Position numbers and translations under genes: made by a program. A DNA stretch of 64,000 bases, taken from the human T2T-CHM13v2.0 reference genome, Homo sapiens. Below the pieces are notes generated by a model, which had not been told where the DNA came from, did no database searches, and saw nothing but the letters and a program-made list of their open reading frames with translations. Positions within the stretch are counted from its first letter, which is position 1. Each line of letters opens with the position of its first letter. Below, in pieces: positions 49,707 through 64,000 of this stretch. The stretch lies in the NCBI RefSeq assembly GCF_009914755.1, contig NC_060926.1. One strand, given 5' to 3'.

Positions 49707-49850
49707 TTGCAATTGTTGAGAGTTCTTGTAAAATGTTCGTTGCTCATATTGAATGGTGCAATGATAGTGAGTTTAAAGTCAGATAGTGTGGGAGGTTTGG
49801 GCAAATGTTCAGAGAAGATATAGCTTTCATAAAGCTCTAAGAATAAATTG
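49707..49850 (-). pseudogene. Pseudo-exon, 144 nt, phase 1-1 (about aa 90-120)
   Basis: CCTTAAAG| ... GCAA|GTAACT. IYS*SFMKAISSL...ATNILQEL ~ CYSLALAQLLQSF...LCSILQQI; two stops. Confidence 0.6.
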
Positions 49851-50777
49851 CTTTAAGGATAAAATGTGAATTATCTCAAAATTTCTAAGTTCTTATGAAT
49901 ATTTTATTTACTATAACTGCAAACACATTATTTCTGCATGAAACTAATTCTGGCTTCTACGTAGATATGCTATATAAACACATATTGACTAATTTAAGAA
50001 TAAACTTGGGCAAAATCTTAAAAGCAAGAATAGAAAAGTAGTAGTTCATAATACTCATCATAAGAAAATGTTGAATGAATTCAGGCCATTGTTTAGAAGA
50101 AGTTCAAGACTGTAAAATCAGCCATGCTTATGGATTTTAAGCTTTTTTTTTCTCCTCTGAGAAGGTCAAAGTCTGTTTCTGGAACTACCTGCCTGATGGC
50201 CATACAAACACATATATATGCAGTGGAGAGAAAACTGCACATTGGTGGAGGTGGGGAGAGGATGTCAGAGTGTTCTTGTGAGCCAAGAGGACTTACAAGT
50301 AGGGTCTGGCTTTGGGTTATTGGAAACGACCTGTCCAAAGGGCTTCATGCCAAAGGAAAGGGGCCTCAGCCGAAAGAGGCTGGAGGTTACTATTGGTAGC
50401 AGAGGATGAAAATAGAGTGAGAAGCACCTGGCTAAAGACAAGGATTTCCCAAGAGTCCAAAGGGGATAACTTAGACCTAGGATCCCACAGTGTGGTATAG
50501 AAAAGAAAGAATCACCGCTGGGAATCTGCCCTACGCAGAAGATGCAAATGTCATATTACATCTGCCTTTGTTAAGGATGGCCTTTCCTGCCCGTTTCATG
50601 TTCTTCCAAGCTCTGTTCCAACACTGAAGGAGTCACAGGTGGGTAGGGGAAGCAGACAAGAAACCTTAATTCCACCTGCAACCTTAATTCCTTCTTGTAA
50701 TGCAGCACAACATAGCCATATAACACAGCCATAAGCTTTGTGGGAGTGGGGGATGTTATTCTGCCTATTATATTTAC

Positions 50778-52324
50778 TAAAATGAGATTGTTCTTTGGAG
50801 CTGATAATGACCAAAGGACTTTTATTATTTAGAATAACTAGGCAAAATGCAATTCAAAACCATAATGAGTTATCTCCTCACATCCATTATGACAGCCACC
50901 ATTAAAACAAAACACAGAAAATAACAAGGGCTGCTGAGTATATGGAGAAATTGGAACACTTGTGGATTGCCGGTGCAGTTGTAAAATAGTATGACCACTA
51001 TAGAAAACAGTATGAAGGTTCCTCAAAAAATCAAAAATAAAATTACCATATGATCCAGCAGTCCCACTTCTAGGTATATATCCAGAAAGAACTGAAAGCA
51101 GAGCTTGAAGAGATATTTGTATGTCCATACTCATTGTAGCATCATTCGCAATAGTCAAGAGGTGGAAGCAACCCAAATGTCCATCATGCCTCATGGATGA
51201 ATGGATAAATGCAGTGAGATATATATATATATATCTCCTATATATACACCAAATTATGACATAATTTCCTTCCTTTTTAAGGTTAAACAGTGTTCCATTG
51301 TATATATATATATATATATATATATGTAATTTCCCAATGGCTTAAAGAAGGAACAAATTATTGGTAAATGTCTTGATCTTATTACATATTATAAGATATA
51401 GTATAAACAAACTATAAGTTGTGTGTGTGTGTATATATATATACACAATGGAATATTTATATATACACAATGGAATGTTGATATATATACACAATAGAAT
51501 ATTGATATATATATCTTATATATAATATATGTAACATGTAATTGATATATATCTTATATATGTAATTATATATGTATGTAATATGTGTAATCTTATATAT
51601 GATATATATCAATATTATAATATATGTAATATAGTATGTAATAAGATATGATATGTAATATTGTAGTATGTAATATCTATATACACACAATGGAATATTG
51701 TTTAACCTTAAAAAATCTGGAATATTGTTTAACCTTAAAAAGGAAGGAAATTATGTCATAAGCTACAAGATGGATGAGCTTTGAGGACGATAATGCTAAG
51801 TGACATAAGCCAGTCACTAAAAGATGAATACTGTATGATTCCATTTATCAGAGGTGTTTAAAGTAGTCAAATTCATAGAAGTTGAATATAAAATGGCAAC
51901 TGCCAGGGCTGGAGAGAGCAGGGAGAATGAATAGTTCTTTAATGGGCACAGAGCTTCAGTTCTCAAGATGGAAAAGTTCTGGAGATTTGTTTCATAGCCA
52001 TGTAAACGCACTTAACACTACTGAGCTATACACCTAAAAATGGTTAAGATGGTACATTTTATGCTGCGTTTTTTTTCCACAGTCTTTTGAAAAAGTGACT
52101 AGACAAAACTATGGGATCTCATCTAAGATTTCATCCTAGGGAGGTAAAGGTTGGATTTGAAAATAGGGTTTGAATGGGCCCCAGGAAAAAGAATCAAGCT
52201 GTTTCTTGCTTGCATTCTAGTATGTCTTGCTATTTCAATATAAAGGTTACCAGTTAACTACTAACAAGATCACTATTCATCATTAAGAATCTGTTAATGG
52301 CTAATTTGAAAGGAAATTTTATTT
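50778..52324 (-). pseudogene. Pseudo-exon, MYBBP1A-like N-terminus (about aa 35-90), split by L1MB
   Basis: Acceptor CACAACTAG| at 52325-26. LYIEIARHTRMQARNSLILF (about 52186-52245) ~ FFWDIAKPEQETRLAATEKLLEY. After the L1, IIKVLWSLSAPKNNLIL. Donor |GTAAAT at 50772-77. Confidence 0.6.
50848..52092 (+). mobile_element. L1MB/late L1MA 3' fragment with an internal AT expansion
   Basis: ORF2 end and 3'UTR motifs; degenerate TSD AATAACTAGGCAAAA / AGTGACTAGACAAAA (12/15). Confidence 0.85.
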
Positions 52325-52757
52325 CTAGTTGTGATATATAGGTATACATGTTACCTAAAGCTAAGTATAGTATAGATGCTATGTGTATATGCATATGTAT
52401 GTGTATAGAGAAATTTATATTCCTGTCCATATATACAATTATAGGACCATTCTGGGCCAATTGAATCTAGACTATTTCCATGAGTTAAGGTCAGATGAAC
52501 CTTAGTTGTAATTATTATACTTACAGTTTATGTAGCACTAACAATTTTTTAAAAATCAGAAACATCAGTCAATCATTTGCTTTGCTTTGGATATAAGGAC
52601 TTTTTCTGCCCATGTTCTCACGTTATCTCCATATCTACCACCACAGATCTCCTAGTTAAAGGCAAATAACCACAACACAGGCAAAAATAAGAGAGCATGT
52701 GACTGAGAGACAGTGATATATTATTTCCATGGATCCCCAGGTGCTCATTCTTTTTAC

Positions 52758-53080
52758 ATTTTAATGTAAAATGTAAAATCTAGATGTGTTTTTCAAAAAG
52801 ACTAAAAAGTGCTGTCCAGCTTCTGTGCCATGGCCTGTGCGTCTATGACCTCAGACATTATTCCAGGGAGCATCTTAGGGCAAGAGCAATCCCCTGATGT
52901 TTCAGTCAGCAGCCATTTACAAACCATTAGAGGAAGGAATGTGAGTCCAGGTTTTTGTTTGAAAATTCCTCATTGACACCTTGTTGTAATAAGATCAAGA
53001 CATTTACCAATAATTAGTCCCTTCTTTAAGCCAATGGGAAACTCGAACTTCTCCTATCTTTTTGAGATTAGGTGAAGCCA
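52758..53080 (-). pseudogene. Pseudo-exon, MYBBP1A-like (about aa 1000-1060)
   Basis: SHWL/LIIGKCLDLITT ~ PEWKQLMGQVLAKVT with one frameshift; weak donor AAT|GTAAAA at 52752-57. Confidence 0.5.
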
Positions 53081-53084
53081 TGTG

Positions 53085-53865
53085 TACTTTTTTCATTGTC
53101 TATTCCTGTGTAATAAATCACCCTCCAAACCTAGAGGCCTATTATCTCACTGTTTCTGTGGATCGAGAATTCAGACAGGACACAGACATATGGGAGGTGC
53201 CTCATCTGGAAGACTTGAAGGCTGAGGGGCTGGGATCACCTGGAGGCTTGATGGAGGCTGGAGGATCCACTCTGAGGGACCCACTCACACACCCAGTGGG
53301 TTGGTACTGGCCAACTGGTTCCTCTCCACATAGGCTTCTCTTCATCTGGTGCTCTCAAAGGGCTGCTCGAGTGTCCTTGTGACATGATGGCTGGCCTTCA
53401 CCAGAATGCACCATCTGAAAGTGGGCCCACACCAGTTGAAGGTATTCTTTTTGCATTTGGCCTCTCGGGTCACATATTTCAATGTCTGCCATAGTCGTAG
53501 CGAGGCAGTAGGTCTGGCCCACATGCAAGGGAAGGGGAATTAGTCTCCACCTTTTGAAGATGGGTAGATACATTTTTAAACTACTGGTCCGTGTGACTGG
53601 TTTTGCAAATAGGAAGTGACACCTGTCACTTTTGAAGGAAAGCCTGTAAGAGGTGGTGTGTGATTTTCCACATTCTGGTCCCCTGTCAATATTGAGGGTG
53701 CACGTGTTCACATGGAGGACTAAAGCTGAACTGTTACACGGGGTGGCTGCCCTAGAAAGTAGCCCTGACCCACCAGGGATCTCGTATGAGTGAGAAATAA
53801 ACCTTTGTTTTAAGCCACTGAGATTTGGGGATAGTTACTGCAGCATAACTAACTCTATCCTGATG
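53085..53865. mobile_element. MLT1-type LTR fragments
   Basis: AATAAATCACCCTCCAAACCTAG; GAGAAATAAACCTTTGTTTTAAGCCACTGAG. Confidence 0.65.
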
Positions 53866-53957
53866 AATATTCTCCTGCAACCAAATGTGAGAAACAGCTG
53901 TCAGTGGCCCAAAGAGAATCCTGGAGACTGCAGTATATCTTTTTAAAAGATACACTT

Positions 53958-54272
<315 letters not shown>

Positions 54273-54314
54273 AAAAGATACACTGCATTACCAATTCTCC
54301 CAGTGGCATACAGT

Positions 54315-54943
<629 letters not shown>

Positions 54944-55329
54944 ACTGTAGAAGACAAGAAAGTCTGATAAAATATGAAATTTGATGACTTTGAGTTGAAA
55001 TGTGATTCAGAAAAGTTGGACGAAACAAATTTAAGGAACACCCTAACCAACTCATTTTCTTTGCATCTCTATTTTAATGTGACCAAAGGTGATATAGGAT
55101 GAACATCTGTCCGAATAAGCTTCAATAAATATACAGTACAACTCCTAAGAAATGAAAAAGCATGGTGGCATAGTTTACTTTGCAACTTATTTTCCTGCCT
55201 TATACGATCTATGGTGTCCTGGATGCAATGATATATGGTAGCATAGAAGATAAAAAGTGAAAAAAACAGTCCTCTGGAAAAGCCTTTGAAAGCTCATTGT
55301 GATTATCAGCCTTTCTGAGTCAGTAGCTC

Positions 55330-55662
<333 letters not shown>

Positions 55663-55699
55663 TAGCAGTTGGCAAAATAAACAAGGTGGTGAGCTCCGA

Positions 55700-56291
<592 letters not shown>

Positions 56292-56664
56292 CTTTCCAGT
56301 ACAATAGACAGAAACAAATGCCCTGAGTCAATATAGGCTGTGCTGTCCCTTTAAAAACAATTCTCATTTACTTTGGCAATAAAATATTAATCGCAGATGA
56401 CAGAAAGAAAAGTAGGCAATTAATTCTAAATCATTACACTGGCTTAAAGTGGGGAAGAGCTCAAGCTCATAATGATACACTGATCTCTCCTGGGAACTTC
56501 TTCTTTCAAGGGGCCCTCCTCTAAAAGATAATTGCAGGAAAAGACTAGAAAACACATGTGTTACTTCGAAAAGTGTGAATAATAATAATGATCAATTTAG
56601 GGGATCATGTGGGCCAGGTGGGACCAAATAGGGGGTTTTATTTTTAGTGGAAGTGGGGATCATC

Positions 56665-59240
<2,576 letters not shown>

Positions 59241-60109
59241 GTTAGGTTTTCAGTTTCTATCATGATGAAGAATTTGTGATTTGTATAGCTTCAGAACCCA
59301 CAGAACCATGGCTCATGTTTCATCATGATCACAGCTGACTTCACGGACTGATTTCATGAACAGTCCCATCATGTTTTGACACTCACAGAAAGTATTTTTC
59401 TCTGGGAATTTTTAGGAGTGGGAACGTATGCTTCCCTGTTCTCTGCCTCACCTCTTGCACATACACAGCATTGCAGATGGCACGGAACCCCTGGTTCAGC
59501 GGGCTATGGGTGCTCTGCAACACTGAAGGTGAAGGTAGAAGGAAGCAGCAAAAAAAAAAAAACCCTGGTCCCTGATCCTGTTTTGGGGGTTGGGGTAGGC
59601 ATTTCCTTGGGAGCATTTAAACAACAGCACATCGAGGAGGGACAAAACTCCTTGGCCAGACAGGTAAAGGTCAGAATTTGAAGGCAGGAATGGAAGTAGC
59701 AGGTGAATTCTAGGCTGATGTAATTCAGGTATAGGGGGTTGGGATGGGCACAGACAGGATTGGGATCAGATTGGCAGACAGGGAAGGGCAAAGCTGCAAA
59801 GGTGGAACTGCAGACCGACCACGGCTCGTGCTACTAGCTGTGTCCACACCCACACCCTGCAGAGGGCCTTGGTGACATGGGGCAGAGCCGTCCCCAGCCC
59901 TGGAGAGCCAGAGTGCCCCAAAAGTTTCCTTGGAGGAGGACAATGGGACAGGCCCAAGTGCCCCACAAGGCACTCAATCCCCAGGAGACTTGCTGGTTCT
60001 TGGCACCTGCAAGGGAAACCCAAGGGGCTGTCTCGGGTCCCCAGCCCCTGTTGCTGCCCCCAGCTCTGACCCTGGCTTAGGGGCAGATGCCTCAGGCTGC
60101 TGTGCCTGC

Positions 60110-60636
60110 AGATTTTGCAGAAGGAACAAGAGGCTTTAAACTCAGTACACTTAGCCAGTGCAACTCTCTTTCACTAAGGAAAGAAATAGTTAAGAATTCA
60201 AGACTCCTCACCTTATGCATTGATCTGTGTCTGCTCTTTGATTCCAAAGACAGGACGGTCTATGAGCCAAGCCAGAAAATTTCACACTGGATCCCTTAAT
60301 GGATCCCTTCAGGCACCAATACTGCTGAGAGAGACAAGAGGCGACAGGGCCTGGCCTAGATGTGGGCAAATTCCTATTTGAAGTGGCATGAGCTGTGTTC
60401 TGTCTGACTTCCACCTTTTTAGCTTTTTCTTTCCAGGCCATTCTCAGGAACCCCGTCCACAGGAGTTTCCCCCAGTCCCCAGCCATCGGCCTCCCTGTGC
60501 TGGGGCTGAAGTCACCGTTCTCTTTGGGATCACCCTGCCAACCTTATCTGGGGTCACTGATTGTGGCTGGCATGACAGAAGCTGCCACCCATGCTGTGGC
60601 ACCTGAAGCCTCGTGGGACCTCAGTTCCAGGGACTC
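60110..60636 (-). pseudogene. Pseudo-exon, MYBBP1A-like middle region (about aa 540-690)
   Basis: Acceptor CCTTCTCATCAG|GAG at 60637-38. GATAWVAASVMPA ~ GGQPWTYHLVQFA. VLSLESKSRHRSMHKVRSLEFLTISFLSERELHWLSVLSLKP ~ LLALLAQPSHLMRQVARSVFGHICSHLTPRALQLILDVLNP. Frameshifts needed; 3' boundary undefined. Confidence 0.65.
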
Positions 60637-61056
60637 CTGATGAGAAGGGTCGGGAGGGAGAAACCCAGGACACTGCATGTGAAGGGAAGGGTACCCTCCC
60701 TGGTCCCAACCACAGCCGTGACTCAGCTTTACCGAGTAGCTACTGTGTGCGAGGCACTTTGCCTATGTGGTTGGATCAAATGGCATTTTTTCTTCCCTTC
60801 TGAGAAATTAAAATGATTAATTTGGGCACTTCCACTATCTGTCTGCAAAAGAAAACTTTATAGAATCTAATTCTGGAGGCAGGCATTTCTTTAGCCTAAT
60901 AAAGCCCAAGCCAGGTTAGTGGTTGTCAAGAAATAGTATTTGTTGAAATAGACCAGGTTAGATAGTTCAACAGAAGAAAGTCAAGTAGAAGGATGATGAA
61001 TCTCTCCTGGGGATCAGGATGATGTGTTAGAAGGAAATTAAATTTTCAGGGTAAGG

Positions 61057-61387
<331 letters not shown>

Positions 61388-62058
61388 TGATTTTAGGTAT
61401 TTTAGGACAGAAGCTGAAGCCCAGTGTTCACTCCAACACCCCCCTCCTGAATCCCAAAAAGTATGGGTGGTGAAAACTTGATCCTTTGAAAGCCCCAGCC
61501 CCCACCCCATCTCCCCTCCTCACCTGGACCCTTGGCAGTGGGGGTCCCAGGGCTTCTTTCAGGAAGTCCTGTCTCAGGGCGTCCTCTGGCCTCTGGTTCT
61601 CAGCTCCAATCCCTGCTGTCTTCCCCGCCTTCCCCACGAAGCACAGAGTCAGGCATTTCTTCCCTGGGCCTGTCCACACTCCTCACTGCTTCCTTGAGAG
61701 AACAACGACCCCAGCTCCAGTCCAGGAGGGACTGTGGGCCTAGAGGGGCCGCTGGCTAGGGGCTGAGAGGAGCTCCCGGAGGTGTGGTTCCCGAGACTGG
61801 TCTTCTCCTGTTCTATTTTCCTGGGTGTCATTTTCACGGCAGGAAACCTTTTTAGAAAGGGAGGGAGGCACATTTTTCTCAGGGACATTCACAGCAAGGC
61901 CTCATCCTGCCCACGTCCCACAGCCGCAGGATTTTCTGGCCTGGTCCTGTTCTGGATCTGCCTGATTCTCAAGGCACAGCAGCAGGGGAGGGCGGGCTCC
62001 GCACCCTGGTCAAGCTAGGGCAGGCGCTTGCCTTGCCAGCAAAAGGTCCCGCTTCCCA

Positions 62059-62487
62059 GGACAAAGACTCGCTCTGAGGCCGCACTTAAGTCAGGCTCCT
62101 CGAAGCTCTCTTTCAACGGGGCCTCAACCCTGGGCTTCTGTGCCTGTCATCGTTGGGCCTGCATCAGCCAGTTTTAGCAAGTCCCTCCTAAGTCAGTGTG
62201 GAGAGAAGCCCCCATCCTTCGCATCTGACCACCCTGGCCTGCCTTCAGCAAGAATCCTAAGCCTGTTTAACCAGAAGCTTTCCTTCCCCCTGCTGCTTTC
62301 TCTTAGTAATTTCCTCCATCCCGACTGCCAGCCTGCTCCATGGCTATAAATCCCCACTCGTTCTGGTTGAATTAACCACTGAGTCCGTTCTATATGCACT
62401 GAGGCCTCTTTCCCCCTTTGCAATACTTCCTGAATAAAATGTGCTTTTCCTACTTTACCTACTGTCAGGTCCTGGGTTTCTTTAACA
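62059..62487 (+). mobile_element. MER31-like ERV1 solo LTR
   Basis: GACAAAGACTC start; GGCTATAAAT TATA box; AATAAA; ends TTTAACA. Confidence 0.75.
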
Positions 62488-62845
62488 GGAGGGCAACCTT
62501 CAGACTGGGTCCAGGTCAGTGACATAGAAGGGGAAGTGGCACAGTGTGTCCACAGAGGGCAGAGCCCAGTGACGGGAGCTCACAGCAGAGACGCCCAGGC
62601 TGCATTCGGGAGGGCAGTGGCACCGATGAGAGGGGCATAGGCAAGGACACCACGGGGCAGGATGCAGAAGGGAGTCCTGGGGCAGAACCAGAGCGGGAGC
62701 CCAGCCCATCAAACATCAAGACGTGGCCTGGTGCATGGGGAGTGAGATTCCAGTGACCCAATGGGGACCAGGAGTGGGGAGATGCTGCTCGGAGAAGCTC
62801 CGGACCTGCAAACCAGCCTGCTCAGACTGACTGGGAGCCTAGAGG

Positions 62846-63410
62846 CATTCATTCATTCATCCATTCATTCTACAAATCTGTATTAAGCGCTGATGAGTTT
62901 GACGGTAGGGATATACCAACAAACAAAAGAGATAAAAAATTTTGTCCCTGTGGAGCTTACATGATAGTGACAAGAGACAGACACCAAACACAATAAACAA
63001 ATCATGTTGCGTGTTAGAACATGATAAATGGGATATTTTGGGGGAAGAAAGGACACACGTGAGAGGGAGCAGGAGAGCCAGGTGTGGGAGGTTGCAGCAT
63101 TAGGCGTGGTTGGAGCAGGCTCCCCCAGGGACATTTGAGCAAAAACATTAAAGATGTGAGGGTGAACTGTGGGGACTTCCAGGGGGAGGAAGCTCCAGAC
63201 CCAGGGGATTGCTGGTGTAAAGGCCTTGAGGCAGGAGTGGCCTGGGTTCCAGGGAGGCCAGTGGGTGCAGCAGACCTACGAGGGAGGGGAGAAGCCCCTC
63301 ATACAGGCCTCAGAGGGGGTGCTCTCACCCTGAAGGTGGAGTAGGTAGGATTGGACTCATCTTAACAGGCTAAGTCTGGCTGCCATATTGAGAATAGGCT
63401 TTGGGGGTAG
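62846..63410 (-). mobile_element. L2 3' fragment
   Basis: (CATT)n tail and CCCTGTGGAGCTTACA. Confidence 0.75.
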
Positions 63411-63739
63411 GGGTTGGGGTTGTGACGTGTGTTGGGTGGGGTAGGAACAGGCCATGTACCACTGCCATTAAAGCATTTCAACTGGGGACCTGTTAATATT
63501 CTTAACTGCTCCCCTGCATTTCACAGCTGCCTGTATCCAAATACAATGGGGCCACCTGACAGCACACCTCAGGGTGACTTCATGTTCAAATATAATATCA
63601 ACCCAATATCCAATAAAAAGCTTCAAAAATCATGCCAACATCTTAAGTCCCTCAAGGCGGTGTCAAAGCAGGAGCCAATCCATGACCTACCGAGAGAGGA
63701 GAAAGGAAGAAGCCAGTCAGGCAGGCAGTTAGGGTGGGC

Positions 63740-64000
63740 CCTCAGTTAAATTCTTTCAAACAAAAGAACAGCCAACTTGCACAGAGGGGCTTGCCTAAGA
63801 CACGCCCACAGCCACATAGATAAGAAAAGCTACACAGGTGACTCACCCAGACACGCCTGCAGTGGAAAGTTCTGTCCCGTAACACATGTACAGTAAGGGG
63901 AACAAAGCAATATGGAGTCACTAAGCTAAGGGCCCACATGCACACTTGGAGGATGGGGTGGAGCTAACAGAAATTTGTGTCTTATGCAAATGAGATGCCC
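63740..64000 (+). mobile_element. MER50-like ERV1 LTR running off the window
   Basis: CAGTAAGGGGAACAAAGCAATATGGAG...TTATGCAAATGAGA. Confidence 0.65.

Noticed and set aside
49707-49850. Fully open alternative frame NLFLELYESY...
   Set aside because: No MYBBP1A similarity, and its phase does not fit the next exon. The stop-containing frame fits both, though the alternative is not formally excluded.
52278-52283. ATGATG as the start of an independent N-half gene
   Set aside because: It is not in frame with the first motif without a frameshift, it is preceded by an acceptor and open frame, and C-half sequence lies only about 0.5 kb upstream. It remains the main alternative to permutation.

Overview
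Human genomic DNA (a near-consensus, human-specific AluYg6 is present). There is no intact protein-coding gene, RNA gene or CRISPR array, and most ORF-track entries are transposon-derived or noise. 1-29 kb is a nest of retroelements: a full-length L1MA-type and a full-length L1PA, both with TSDs; truncated L1s, Alus, Tigger1 and an MLT2B LTR; a 1.1-kb palindromic AT minisatellite; and an internally deleted HERV-L provirus that keeps RNase H, integrase and dUTPase. 29-64 kb is unique DNA mixed with MaLR/ERV LTRs, L2/MIR, MER58B and Alus. Main finding: the unique DNA on the minus strand from about 61.5 kb to 30.1 kb holds a chain of splice-site-bounded, stop- and frameshift-damaged exons. By eye, their translations resemble MYBBP1A/Pol5 (DNA_pol_phi family), but the C-terminal half comes first and the N-terminal half second, with no overlap. 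This looks like a dead, intron-containing, circularly permuted MYBBP1A paralog whose exons were later hit by old eutherian transposons. The alignments use MYBBP1A sequence recalled from memory, residue numbers are approximate, and computational confirmation is needed. Second pattern: three (TA)n tracts have captured short copies of sequence from 0.4-2 kb away.
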